From Crocinitomicaceae bacterium (GTDB lineage Bacteria > Bacteroidota > Bacteroidia > Flavobacteriales_D > Crocinitomicaceae), in NCBI GenBank assembly GCA_023253775.1, contig JALRFI010000095.1, positions 1 through 50,932 on the forward strand: 50,932 nt of DNA, written 5' to 3'. Of this stretch, positions 10,733 through 20,423 are shown piece after piece. The notes beneath the pieces were generated by a model, which saw only the letters and a program-made list of their open reading frames with translations, searched no databases and was not told the origin of the DNA. The position numbers and the translations under genes are program-made. Position 1 is the first letter of the stretch; the number at the start of each line of letters is the position of its first letter.

Positions 10733-11244
10733 CTTGACTTAGGCTTGTTAACGACCAGCATTTGTATCAAGATACAGAATGCAAATGAGATCGGTAAACT
10801 TAAAAGTGTTTTCTGCAGGATAAAGAATATCGCATCGATCCTGAACATTTCAAGTAAGAAAAACCAGAAATGATGAATGAACAACAATATTCCAAACGTA
10901 TAAATGAACCACCTGTTCCCCATTTCAAAGATGTTCGGCTCCTTTAAAACATCATACCCTTCTCGAGGAGAAAATGTCTTAAAGATCATCGGTCTCAGAT
11001 AGGCGAAAAGGGTCAACGACGATGCATGAAGTCCGTAAGTATTCGAAATACTATCGATCATAATTCCCATCGTAAAGGATAACACAAGCATTGGAATCAA
11101 GCCTAATTCGAAAGGTAGAAGGAAGACGAACAAAGGATAAATCAGCAACTGGATCCCTAAACCAATTTCCAATTGATTCAATACGAATGCTTGAATAATG
11201 GTCAGAAGCACAAATCGAAGGCTATGTTTAATGATCTCATTCAT
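10729..11244 (-). CDS. mreD: rod shape-determining protein MreD
   Basis: 171-aa multi-helix membrane protein between mreC and mrdA, overlapping both neighbours. Confidence 0.7.
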   Translation of the reverse strand: MNEIIKHSLRFVLLTIIQAFVLNQLEIGLGIQLLIYPLFVFLLPFELGLIPMLVLSFTMGIMIDSISNTYGLHASSLTLFAYLRPMIFKTFSPREGYDVLKEPNIFEMGNRWFIYTFGILLFIHHFWFFLLEMFRIDAIFFILQKTLLSLPISFAFCILIQMLVVNKPKSR

Positions 11245-12079
11245 TTTCTTCGTCCTCAGGAATAAGTGATTCCAGTTTTTGTTGTTCTTCCAAAAGAAGA
11301 TTTCTCACCACATAAACTCTTTGAAGTGTTCTAAAATCTTCTGAATAGCGAATAAAAACGTCCCAAATTGGCTTGCCCTCCACGGTCTTCAGCTTCTCCA
11401 CTTTTCCTACTGGAATACCATAAGGGAAAATTCCCGATCCGCTTCTAGTGACCACCTTCGACCATCTTTTAATATTGAGGTCATTCGAGATCCCAGAGAT
11501 CTGCCCTCTTCTGGGGTCTCTTCCGTCCCATTTCAATAGACCAAATAAACCTATCGGCTCGATCTGAACGTCAATGTTGATGTCTTCGGTCAATACCGAT
11601 TTAACCACAGAAAAGTGTTCGCTAGAAATGTGAATGATCCCAACCACACCCTTGTCTGAAAAAACACCCATTCCTCTTTTGACACCTTGTGCCCAGCCGA
11701 TATTCAACGTGAAGAAATTATTCGCTCTTGTTACGGTTGAGTTGATGACCTTTCCTGGGATGTATTCGTATTGTTGATGAAATAATGTATCATTGATCTT
11801 TACCCAACCATTTTCCATTCGGATATAGCTCATAGGTAGTTTTTCACGGAGGTATTTGTTCTGCTTCTGAAGAATATTATTTGTTTTCCCAAGATTCACG
11901 TACTTCGTAACTTCATTTCTGGCATTCAACATCTTACCCGAAACGTATGATGCACTGGTCATGTATTGTGCTCTAGGGAAGTTCAGGAAGGTAAAATAGG
12001 TAGACAGCGCAAAGATCTGCAGTAACATAAAGATAAGAAAGACTTGAAATCGCCTTAAGAAGGCTATTAGATTGCGCAT
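11237..12079 (-). CDS. mreC: rod shape-determining protein MreC
   Basis: N-terminal anchor, coiled region and beta-rich C-terminal domain, located between mreB and mreD. I prefer the ATG at 12079 (MRNLIAF...) because the track's TTG at 12085 lies inside the terminator T-tract. Confidence 0.8.
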   Translation of the reverse strand: MRNLIAFLRRFQVFLIFMLLQIFALSTYFTFLNFPRAQYMTSASYVSGKMLNARNEVTKYVNLGKTNNILQKQNKYLREKLPMSYIRMENGWVKINDTLFHQQYEYIPGKVINSTVTRANNFFTLNIGWAQGVKRGMGVFSDKGVVGIIHISSEHFSVVKSVLTEDINIDVQIEPIGLFGLLKWDGRDPRRGQISGISNDLNIKRWSKVVTRSGSGIFPYGIPVGKVEKLKTVEGKPIWDVFIRYSEDFRTLQRVYVVRNLLLEEQQKLESLIPEDEENE

Positions 12080-12083
12080 GAAC

Positions 12084-12120
12084 AAAAATAAAAAAGTCCC
12101 GCCAATTTAGGTGCGGGACT
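12084..12120 (-). terminator. intrinsic terminator/attenuator between mreB and mreC
   Basis: The minus strand reads AGTCCCGC-ACCTAAATTG-GCGGGACT followed by TTTTTTATTTTTG. It starts 6 nt after the mreB stop and ends ~5 nt before the mreC ATG. Confidence 0.7.
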
Positions 12121-12126
12121 TTCAAT

Positions 12127-13152
12127 TTAATCTTTGATCAGGAATTGGTACCTGTCAATATTCTTTAAGGCAATACTGGTACCTCTTGCCACAGCTCTTA
12201 GCGGATCTTCCGCGATGTGAACTGGAAGCTTTGTTTTTGCTGAAATTCTCTTATCCAGTCCTCTCAACATTGAACCGCCACCAGCTAAATATATACCCGT
12301 TTTGTAAATATCGGCAGATAATTCAGGAGGAGTCATTTCCAGCGCACTAAGGATCGCTTCTTCGATCTTCGAAATCGTTTTGTCAAGCGCATGAGCAACT
12401 TCACTGTACGAAACAACAATTTCCTTCGGAATACCCGTCATTAAGTCTCTCCCCCGAACCGCAAAGTCTTCAGGTGGATTATCCAATTCAGGTAAAGCCG
12501 CACCCACTTCAATTTTGATCTGTTCAGCAGTTCTTTCGCCAACAAGGATGTTATGCTGACGTCTCATATATTCTTCAATGTCATTGGTGAAATCGTCACC
12601 AGCAATTCGGATCGACTTATCACACACAATCCCACCAAGGGCAATAACGGCGATTTCAGAAGTTCCTCCACCGATATCAATGATCATGTTCCCCATTGGC
12701 TCTTCCACATCGATGCCAATACCAATAGCCGCTGCCATTGGTTCGTGAATAAGGTAAACCTCCTTAGCTCCAGCATGCTCAGCGGAGTCACGAACGGCTC
12801 TTTTTTCTACTTCAGTAATTCCTGAAGGAATACAGATTACCATCCTCAAAGTAGGATTGAACAAACTTCTACCCGGGTTGATCATCTTGATCATTCCTCG
12901 AATCATCTGTTCGGCACTCTGGAAATCGGCGATTACTCCATCTTTTAGCGGACGAACTGTTTCGATCAGCTTATGCGTTTTTCCGTGCATCTGCTGAGCC
13001 TTTTTCCCGATCGCAACTACTTTTCCTGTCTGAATATCCTTTGCGACGATTGATGGTTCATCAACCACTACCTTGTCGTTCAGAATAATCAGCGTGTTTG
13101 CAGTACCTAAGTCGATAGCAATCTCTTGTGTTAAAAAGCTGAAAATTCCCAT
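12127..13152 (-). CDS. mreB: actin-like rod shape-determining protein MreB
   Basis: IAIDLGTANT phosphate-1 motif, DIGGGTSEIAV, and GGGSMLRGL; 341 aa. Confidence 0.95.
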   Translation of the reverse strand: MGIFSFLTQEIAIDLGTANTLIILNDKVVVDEPSIVAKDIQTGKVVAIGKKAQQMHGKTHKLIETVRPLKDGVIADFQSAEQMIRGMIKMINPGRSLFNPTLRMVICIPSGITEVEKRAVRDSAEHAGAKEVYLIHEPMAAAIGIGIDVEEPMGNMIIDIGGGTSEIAVIALGGIVCDKSIRIAGDDFTNDIEEYMRRQHNILVGERTAEQIKIEVGAALPELDNPPEDFAVRGRDLMTGIPKEIVVSYSEVAHALDKTISKIEEAILSALEMTPPELSADIYKTGIYLAGGGSMLRGLDKRISAKTKLPVHIAEDPLRAVARGTSIALKNIDRYQFLIKD

Positions 13153-13246
13153 TTTTGGTTGGCTTCTTTTTTAATGTATACTAAGTATAGTCAGTTTCTT
13201 CGTAAAAATTGATTTTTTGTTACAATTTTCGACAAATAACTTCTTT

Positions 13247-14776
13247 TTAATGTTTAAAGTGTCTGTTTCCTGTGAATACCATCGACAAACCGTGTGCATT
13301 ACAATAATCAATTGATAGCTCATCCTTGATCGAACCGCCCGGCTGTATCACTGCGGTGATTCCTGCTTGATCAGCAATTTCCACGCAATCAGGAAACGGA
13401 AAAAAAGCATCCGAGGCCATCACCGCTCCGTTTAGATCAAATTCGAACGAGTTTGCTTTATGGATCGCTTGACGCAATGCGTCAACACGTGAAGTCTGAC
13501 CGGTCCCACTTGCAAGCAATTGCTTCCCTTTTGCAAGGACGATCGTATTTGATTTTGTATGTTTCACAATCTTATTCGCAAAGATGAGATCTTCGATTTC
13601 AGAAACTGTCGGTTGATTTGTCGTCTTTGGTGCAAGGTGATCCGCATTCTCAGTAATTAAGTCCTTATCCTGTACGAGTACTCCGTTCAAAATCGTTCTG
13701 AATTGCTGCTGAGGAAGCTTATTGATCTTTTGAACCAAAATGATTCTGTTCTTCTTGGATTTTAACAAATCAAGAGCCTCACTGCTATATCCTGGGGCGA
13801 TGATCACTTCACAAAACAGATCATTGATCAACTCGGCTGTTGCACGATCGATCGATGTGTTTGAAATTAGAATTCCACCGAATGCAGAAACGGGATCCGC
13901 AGCAAGAGCGGCTACATATGCTTCTTTTAAAGTTATTCTTGTCGCTACACCGCATGCATTGTTATGTTTCAGAATGGCAAATGTTGGAGCATCTCCTGCA
14001 AATTCCTGAATAAGATTAACTGCTGCATCTACATCCAAAAGGTTGTTATAGGATAATTCTTTGCCATTCAATTTTTCAAACATAGCATTCAGATCCCCAA
14101 AGAAAACACCTTTTTGATGAGGGTTTTCTCCATATCGTAATACGTTTGCTGGACCGAAACTTTCTTTGAAAGAATCCATGCTGCTCTGATTAAAATAATT
14201 AAAGATCTTGGTATCATAGTTTGAAGAAACATTGAATGCATCTTTCGCAAATGCTTTTCTCTGTTCCATATTTGTAGCTCCACCCTGCTCGGTTATTATC
14301 GAAAGAAACCTTCCGTATTGAGCCTGAGAAGGAATAATGACAACATCCTCGTAGTTCTTTGCCGCAGCTCTGATCAATGAGATTCCACCGATATCGATCT
14401 TCTCAATGATATCCTGGTGCTCTGCACCTGACGCTACGGTTTTTTCAAATGGATATAGATCAACGATAACCAAGTCAATCTCAGGAATTTCAAATTCAGC
14501 GATCTGAGCCTGATCTTCCTTTAAGCCTCTCCTGTTCAAGATCCCACCAAACACTTTCGGGTGAAGAGTTTTCACTCTTCCTCCCAAAATTGAAGGGTAC
14601 GACGTAAGATCTTCGACCCTCACCACAGGGATGTTCATGTCTTCAATGAAACTTTGAGTTCCTCCTGTTGAATAGATGACTACTCCATTCTTGTGAAGTT
14701 GCTCTACAATAGATCCTAAGCCTGCCTTATCAAATACAGAAATTAATGCCGAATTGATCTTCTTTGTTCCTGTCAT
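13247..14776 (-). CDS. purH: bifunctional AICAR transformylase / IMP cyclohydrolase
   Basis: 509 aa with an N-terminal MGS-like domain (ALISVFDKAGL...STGGT), then GGRVKTLHP and the C-terminal AICARFT region. Confidence 0.9.
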   Translation of the reverse strand: MTGTKKINSALISVFDKAGLGSIVEQLHKNGVVIYSTGGTQSFIEDMNIPVVRVEDLTSYPSILGGRVKTLHPKVFGGILNRRGLKEDQAQIAEFEIPEIDLVIVDLYPFEKTVASGAEHQDIIEKIDIGGISLIRAAAKNYEDVVIIPSQAQYGRFLSIITEQGGATNMEQRKAFAKDAFNVSSNYDTKIFNYFNQSSMDSFKESFGPANVLRYGENPHQKGVFFGDLNAMFEKLNGKELSYNNLLDVDAAVNLIQEFAGDAPTFAILKHNNACGVATRITLKEAYVAALAADPVSAFGGILISNTSIDRATAELINDLFCEVIIAPGYSSEALDLLKSKKNRIILVQKINKLPQQQFRTILNGVLVQDKDLITENADHLAPKTTNQPTVSEIEDLIFANKIVKHTKSNTIVLAKGKQLLASGTGQTSRVDALRQAIHKANSFEFDLNGAVMASDAFFPFPDCVEIADQAGITAVIQPGGSIKDELSIDYCNAHGLSMVFTGNRHFKH

Positions 14777-14799
14777 GTTTGTCGCTGAAAATGAAAGTG

Positions 14800-14807
14800 C
14801 AAAAGTA
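14800..14807 (-). promoter_or_regulatory. putative Bacteroidota -7 box (TACTTTTG) for purH
   Basis: Exact TAnnTTTG match on the minus strand, 23 nt upstream of the purH ATG. Confidence 0.4.
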
Positions 14808-14840
14808 GTCTATTTTCGTGAATAAGAAAGAGTTAATTAA

Positions 14841-14871
14841 CAAAAAAGGGCAGCTCAAATGAACTGCCCTT
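14841..14871 (-). terminator. intrinsic terminator after the T9SS protease gene
   Basis: The minus strand reads AAGGGCAG-TTCATTTGAG-CTGCCCTT followed by TTTTTG. Confidence 0.65.
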
Positions 14872-14892
14872 AACTCTCTATGAGACTTTATT

Positions 14893-17574
14893 TTACAGCT
14901 TTAGAACTCTACGAACCGTTTGTGCTTTTTCTGAAATCATTTGAATTTGATAAACTCCCTTTGAAAGACCATGCACATCGAATATTATCAAGGCGTTTTC
15001 TTCATTACTTTTCGTTGAGATCAACTTACCCGTGATATCAAAAACCATTACATCAACCGTCTCGCCCTGAATTGAAGAAAGATCAACTACAAGTGATTCA
15101 TTGAAAGGGTTGGGATACACCGCTACATTGATGAAGAATGGGTTTTCCTCAATCCCTAAGTTATTGATATAAGTGATCGTTGTAGTACACGTTTGCGTAT
15201 TCCCACACTGATCTGTCGCCGTAACAGTGATGACATTTGATCCATTCTGCAATGCAGCACCAGCAGCCGGTGATTGTGTTTCGTTCACTACTCCTCCAGC
15301 ACATGTCGTTGATGAAGTTGCTGTCGCAGTTACATTCGGAACAACGGTTGATTGTGTTGCATAAATTGTAGAATTAGCAGGACACTGAAGTGTAAGCACC
15401 CCAGAAGGAGCTGCTTGAATATTTATTGAGTAATCTTCAACTTCACCCCATTGAGAATCTCCACATGGTGTAATCGCTCCATCATCAGGCTGATAAGAAA
15501 GACGACATCTCATCGTTACCGTTCCGGTAACAGCAGTCATTGGAACGGTAAACGTGAATTGATTCGACCATCCGGCACCAACCAATACATATCCAACTTG
15601 TTCTCCAGCGTCAATGAAATCCAGATCATCATTCCAGTCGATCCAAACAGCAATCTCGTCGTTCGTATAAGCTCCAGCACCCTGACCCGTAACTGTAGGT
15701 GAAACGGTAACTGTATACTGAGCTCCTTTGTTCAACGTCGTACTTGTACCAGTATAATTTCCATAGTTGGTACACGCAGTAGTATTATTGATCGTATTCA
15801 ATGTCACATTCGAAATATACTCATCACAGTTCGTTGACGTAGCCGTACACGGTGTAGTAGCAACAGAAACGATAATGTAATTTGTTTTCGTTTCCGTATC
15901 ATTGCCAATCCCATTTGCTGCAGTCAATGAGATCGTGTATTGTCCAATAGTATTGAATGTAATCTGCGGATTTTGAGAATTTGCTGAAGTTCCTCCTGCA
16001 TACGCCCATCCAGTTGCTGGCGAAACTGTCCATGCCCAAGAAGTTGGAACACCTGTCGAAAGATCTGTAAAGTTCACCGTTGTTCCAGGAGCAACGTTTG
16101 TCTGGTTTGCCACAAAATCAGCAATTGGTGGAGCGGGCGCAGAGCAAGGGTCGGCTGATCCAGCAAGGGTCATTGCTCCCGTATTACCTGGATCCAACCA
16201 AGGCTTTAATCGTCTGTTATTTGCGGTGCCATTGCTTTGCCAATGGTATGACATTTTTCCATACAAGTCCGGAGCTGATTGAGATGTACAGAAAGAAGAC
16301 CCCCCAGTTAGCGTACCTATAAGGTAACCCTGTGAGCTATTGAACAGTGCAGACCCTGATGACCCCCCCTCAGTAACACCATGACCATTTGCATTTGCTG
16401 TCCAAACAACTCTCCAATGCGACCCTGAAGCCGAGCCCCATTGAGTACTTACCGTGGTTCCTGTAAAAGTTGATAACTTTTTGATGTCTCCTGCTGGATG
16501 GTGAATACTTGCCCCTCCTGTCGTAGCAGTTGCGTTCGCATTCCAGCCCACCCAATATGCATTGAAATTGGAAGATTTCAGGTTGTTGATTACCGTTGTT
16601 TGGTTTGTTGAATTCCCTAGCTTAACTAACAGGAAATCGGATCCTGAATTTCCCCCACCGTCACCAGAATCAGCAATTCTTACACAGCCTGTAATAAAAT
16701 AATCATCGAGTGTGCCCGCTGAAGAAGGGTTGTTACAGTTCGGTGATTCATAACGGAAGTAAAATCTCCATTGATTCATTTGTGACGCTGAGGTAGTCAC
16801 ACCACAGTGCAATGCAGTAAGAAAATAAGGTGTACAATCCTGAGCGGTATTGTTGATCAATGTGCCTGAACACCATCCGGCTCCAGCTCCGTCCACGATG
16901 TAAATTCTTGCAACACCTCTTTTTTCCTCTTGCCAAGGATCTCCAGTCGGAGTGCAATTCACGTTAACTTCGCAAGGGTCTGATTCGTTGATCTTCTGAA
17001 CGTTCGGGTTTCCTGTAGCCCTGTAGTTATAGATAATCCTGTCGATGTATATCTCTGATGGTGTCGATCCCTGAGGCTCGTGGATTGTAAGTACCATTTC
17101 ATCCCCAAAACATAAGGCAATATTTTGCTGACCAGGAGCTAAAACATCTTCTCTAGTCAAAATCTTGTGTAAGAGCTTACCATTCATGTCCTGAACGGTC
17201 ATCGTCGTATTTTCATAGATTCTGAATTTTTCCAATAGGAAACTTAATGCCTCTGCTCCAGGAAATTTCACATGAAGCTGCCATTTTCGTCCGCCTTCGG
17301 GAGTGGGCTTCCATAATCCTGAGTTCTCAGTTGTGATATTTGTGAATGCTGCTACTCCAATACGGTACAATTCCCCATTGCGATCCCTGATTTCGTCTTC
17401 CGCTTGAATCTGAGCTATGTCGGGTGTAAGTAGACTAAGCATAGGTACGTTTCTGTCCATAAGGACTGAGCTCGGAACTACTGTTCCTTTGTTTGACGTT
17501 GTTTGTGCGTGTCCTGAAAAATTCAGAGAAGCAAAAACAAACATTGAGAGGATAATTCTCTTCATGGTTTTCAT
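14893..17574 (-). CDS. secreted multidomain serine endopeptidase (S1, lysyl-endopeptidase-like) with PKD, GEVED and HYR-like modules and a T9SS C-terminal sorting domain
   Basis: Signal peptide; His motif LTALHCG and Ser motif GGSSGSALF. A PKD-like segment (PIADFVANQTNVAPGTTVNFTDLSTG) and a WGEVEDYSINI (GEVED) motif are present. The C-terminal end AVYPNPFNESLVVDL...VYQIQM...RRVLKL is typical of T9SS type A CTDs. Confidence 0.75.
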   Translation of the reverse strand: MKTMKRIILSMFVFASLNFSGHAQTTSNKGTVVPSSVLMDRNVPMLSLLTPDIAQIQAEDEIRDRNGELYRIGVAAFTNITTENSGLWKPTPEGGRKWQLHVKFPGAEALSFLLEKFRIYENTTMTVQDMNGKLLHKILTREDVLAPGQQNIALCFGDEMVLTIHEPQGSTPSEIYIDRIIYNYRATGNPNVQKINESDPCEVNVNCTPTGDPWQEEKRGVARIYIVDGAGAGWCSGTLINNTAQDCTPYFLTALHCGVTTSASQMNQWRFYFRYESPNCNNPSSAGTLDDYFITGCVRIADSGDGGGNSGSDFLLVKLGNSTNQTTVINNLKSSNFNAYWVGWNANATATTGGASIHHPAGDIKKLSTFTGTTVSTQWGSASGSHWRVVWTANANGHGVTEGGSSGSALFNSSQGYLIGTLTGGSSFCTSQSAPDLYGKMSYHWQSNGTANNRRLKPWLDPGNTGAMTLAGSADPCSAPAPPIADFVANQTNVAPGTTVNFTDLSTGVPTSWAWTVSPATGWAYAGGTSANSQNPQITFNTIGQYTISLTAANGIGNDTETKTNYIIVSVATTPCTATSTNCDEYISNVTLNTINNTTACTNYGNYTGTSTTLNKGAQYTVTVSPTVTGQGAGAYTNDEIAVWIDWNDDLDFIDAGEQVGYVLVGAGWSNQFTFTVPMTAVTGTVTMRCRLSYQPDDGAITPCGDSQWGEVEDYSINIQAAPSGVLTLQCPANSTIYATQSTVVPNVTATATSSTTCAGGVVNETQSPAAGAALQNGSNVITVTATDQCGNTQTCTTTITYINNLGIEENPFFINVAVYPNPFNESLVVDLSSIQGETVDVMVFDITGKLISTKSNEENALIIFDVHGLSKGVYQIQMISEKAQTVRRVLKL

Positions 17575-17601
17575 AGTTGTAAATGGTTCTAACAGTCAAG
17601 G

Positions 17602-17609
17602 CAAATATA
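17602..17609 (-). promoter_or_regulatory. putative -7 box (TATATTTG) for the protease gene
   Basis: Exact TAnnTTTG match on the minus strand, 27 nt upstream of the ATG at 17574. Confidence 0.4.
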
Positions 17610-17634
17610 TAACTTTACATATTATTTTATTACT

Positions 17635-18333
17635 ATGATTAAAATCTGTGTGGTTGAGGATGAGGCAAGTATTAGAGAAATGCTTCTGTTTAATTTGGAG
17701 CTAGAAGGCCATAAAGTTAACGCATATAGTAACGGAAAATCGGCTTTTGACGACGCTTCTGAATTTCAAAAGTATGATCTTGTTATTTTGGACGTGATGT
17801 TACCTGGAGTTTCAGGGCTTACCATTTGCGAAGAGATCCGGAAATATTCAAACGTACCTGTTCTATTTCTTTCTGCAAAAGGAACGACACAAGACAAGAT
17901 TGCAGGATTAAAAAAAGGTGGAAATGACTATCTGAGCAAACCTTTTGACCTCGAAGAATTATTGCTCAGAATAAAAGTCCTAACCGAAGGAATAATGCCA
18001 TCAGTTTTAGACAACGAGTGTATAAAAATTGGAAAAAAGTTAGTTGATTTCGCAACATTTGAAGTGATCGACCACTTGAGTAATGAAAAGCATGTTCTTT
18101 CGAAAAAGGAGATCGGTCTTTTGAAATTACTCAATCAAAACGAGGGTAAGGTGGTTTCAAGGGACGAGATCCTTGACAAGGTTTGGGGTAAAGACCAATT
18201 CCCAACATCACGCACCATAGATAACTACATACTCAACCTCCGAAAGCTATTCGAAAAGGATCCGAAACAACCTGAATTTTTTCATTCAATTCGATCGGTG
18301 GGCTACAAGTTTACCATTTCAGACAAATTGTGA
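17635..18333 (+). CDS. OmpR/PhoB-family response regulator (receiver + winged-helix domain)
   Basis: Receiver motifs (VVEDE, LVILDVMLPG, LSAKG, GGNDYLSKPF) and a C-terminal wHTH (LLKLL...VVSRDEILDKVWG...RTIDNYILNLRKL...IRSVGYKF). Confidence 0.9.
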   Translation: MIKICVVEDEASIREMLLFNLELEGHKVNAYSNGKSAFDDASEFQKYDLVILDVMLPGVSGLTICEEIRKYSNVPVLFLSAKGTTQDKIAGLKKGGNDYLSKPFDLEELLLRIKVLTEGIMPSVLDNECIKIGKKLVDFATFEVIDHLSNEKHVLSKKEIGLLKLLNQNEGKVVSRDEILDKVWGKDQFPTSRTIDNYILNLRKLFEKDPKQPEFFHSIRSVGYKFTISDKL

Positions 18334-18344
18334 TGTCTTAATGT

Positions 18345-18352
18345 TAACTTTG
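18345..18352 (+). promoter_or_regulatory. putative -7 box (TAACTTTG) for the dCMP deaminase-ctp operon
   Basis: Exact TAnnTTTG match ending 7 nt before the ATG at 18360, implying a near-leaderless transcript. Confidence 0.4.
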
Positions 18353-18359
18353 TCCAACT

Positions 18360-18806
18360 ATGAGTCCTAAAGATATTGATAAACAACACCGATACGATTC
18401 TGCCTATTTGAAAATGGCAGAGCAATGGTCTGCTCTGTCTCACTGTAAAAGGAAAAAAGTAGGTGCGATCATTGTAAAAGATTCCATGATCATATCTGAC
18501 GGCTATAACGGAACTCCTGCAGGTTTTGATAATTGTTGTGAGGATGACGACGGTAACACCCATTGGTATGTTCTTCACGCAGAGGCCAATGCTATACTCA
18601 AGGTGGCAAAATCAACGAATAACTGCAAGGGCGCAACACTTTATCTGACACTATCGCCTTGTAAAGATTGCAGTAAGCTAATCCTTCAGGCAGGAATTAC
18701 TCGCGTTGTTTTCAGAAATGCATATAAGGATACAGCAGGGATCGATTTCCTAATCGATTCGGGCGTAAATGTTACTCAAATAGAAAACTCGCTTCTCGAA
18801 ACATGA
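18360..18806 (+). CDS. dCMP deaminase (ComEB-type cytidine/deoxycytidylate deaminase)
   Basis: Zinc motifs HAEANA and PCKDC with the expected spacing; 148 aa. Confidence 0.85.
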   Translation: MSPKDIDKQHRYDSAYLKMAEQWSALSHCKRKKVGAIIVKDSMIISDGYNGTPAGFDNCCEDDDGNTHWYVLHAEANAILKVAKSTNNCKGATLYLTLSPCKDCSKLILQAGITRVVFRNAYKDTAGIDFLIDSGVNVTQIENSLLET

Positions 18807-20386
18807 ATAATGCCAATCAAAACTATTTTCTTCCTATTCTTTTATCTCTAGTTCTTGCATTGGGTTTATGGATGGGGAATAGCTTATCAGGGAAAAGCGA
18901 TCCCTTCAGTAATTTCAATTCTGAAAGTAAATACCAGAAGATCCAAGATATTATTGACATTATTGACAGAAAATATGTCGACACGGTAAACGGCGAACGT
19001 CTTTTTGAAGAGACCATCTCTGACATGCTTCATAAGCTGGACCCGCACAGTAACTACATACCCGCTCGTGAGCTGGCCAGAATGAATGAGTCCATCGAGG
19101 GCCAATTTGGTGGTGTTGGTGTACGTTTCTTCATTTTAAGAGACACCATTTGCATAACAAATGTTGTCAAAGGTTCGCCCTCCGAACAAGTCGGCTTGAA
19201 ATCTGGTGACAAAATCATCGAGATCGACGGAAAAAAGGCGGCCGGAGTAAAGATCTCAAACGACGGGGTGATGAGTAAATTGAAGGGGAAACCTCAAACT
19301 TCAGTTAGCGTTAGAATTTTAAGAAAAGGAAAGTTGCTGAATAAAAGAATCGTTCGCGATCTCATTCCAATCTCCTCCGTTTCTGCAGCGTATATGATCA
19401 ACCAAGTCATAGGCTATATCAAAATCGATGAGTTTTCAATGACCACATCTTTTGAATTCAAAAGGTCAGTATTGCTGCTAAAGGAAAAGGGAATGAAAAA
19501 ACTTGTCCTGGATCTTCGAAATAATGGTGGGGGAGTAATGTCCGCGGCAACAGAAATTGCTGACGAATTCCTCCCTGCAAATAAAGTGATCGTAAAAACA
19601 ATGGGGGAACATCATGGAACTCAAGTCTATCGGTCAACTTCTCAAGGAATTGCTGAAGATTTAAAACTTACGATCCTGATCAATTCCAACTCAGCATCTG
19701 CTAGTGAAATTCTTGCCGGAGCCATTCAGGATAATGACAGGGGTACGATTGTTGGCCGCCGATCATTTGGTAAAGGATTGGTTCAGGAGGACATGCGTTT
19801 ACGTGACGGAAGTAATTTGAGGCTGACCATTGCACGGTATTATACCCCAACGGGACGTTGTATTCAAAAACCGTATTCTGGAGATTTTGAAGATTATTAT
19901 CAAGACCAGATGGACCGTTATGACAGTGGAGAGCTTTATGCTCCTGATAGTACACTATTTGTAGATTCATTGAAATACTTGACTCCGAAAGGGAAGAAAG
20001 TCTACGGTGGCGGAGGGATCATGCCTGATAAGTTTGTAGCCTACGATTCAACCGGAAACAGCTGGTATTTGAGCGACTTGCGTTTCTCACTTTCTTTTCA
20101 GGCTTTTGCATTCGAGTATGTGCACAACCAAAATCATTCATGGACATCATTTTATCAGTTCGATCGTACTTTCAAAGTTGATGATGTACTCATGGATCGC
20201 TTTACTGCCTTTGCTGAAAAAGAGATGAAAGTAAAGCGCGACAATTCAGGATTGAAGAAAAGTCGAGAATTGATCAGGAGGATCCTTAAGGCTGAAATTG
20301 CTCGTCAGATCTGGTTGGAAGAAGGATATTTCCAGATCATGAACCAATATGACAACGAGGTAAAGGAAGCATTGAAAACGCTTTAA
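18803..20386 (+). CDS. ctp: S41-family carboxyl-terminal processing peptidase with PDZ domain
   Basis: N-terminal anchor, a PDZ-like segment (GSPSEQVGLKSGDKIIEIDG), and the S41 core (DLRNNGGG, NSNSASASEILAGAIQD, SFGKGLVQ). Confidence 0.85.
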   Translation: MNNANQNYFLPILLSLVLALGLWMGNSLSGKSDPFSNFNSESKYQKIQDIIDIIDRKYVDTVNGERLFEETISDMLHKLDPHSNYIPARELARMNESIEGQFGGVGVRFFILRDTICITNVVKGSPSEQVGLKSGDKIIEIDGKKAAGVKISNDGVMSKLKGKPQTSVSVRILRKGKLLNKRIVRDLIPISSVSAAYMINQVIGYIKIDEFSMTTSFEFKRSVLLLKEKGMKKLVLDLRNNGGGVMSAATEIADEFLPANKVIVKTMGEHHGTQVYRSTSQGIAEDLKLTILINSNSASASEILAGAIQDNDRGTIVGRRSFGKGLVQEDMRLRDGSNLRLTIARYYTPTGRCIQKPYSGDFEDYYQDQMDRYDSGELYAPDSTLFVDSLKYLTPKGKKVYGGGGIMPDKFVAYDSTGNSWYLSDLRFSLSFQAFAFEYVHNQNHSWTSFYQFDRTFKVDDVLMDRFTAFAEKEMKVKRDNSGLKKSRELIRRILKAEIARQIWLEEGYFQIMNQYDNEVKEALKTL

Positions 20387-20423
20387 AGATTGACAAATCC
20401 GTTTATCTTTATTGAAAAAATGT

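Noticed and set aside
10382-10873. A 163-aa plus-strand ORF across the mrdA/mreD junction
   Set aside because: It is antisense to two conserved elongasome genes, with odd composition and no start context. It is a typical shadow ORF in AT-rich DNA.
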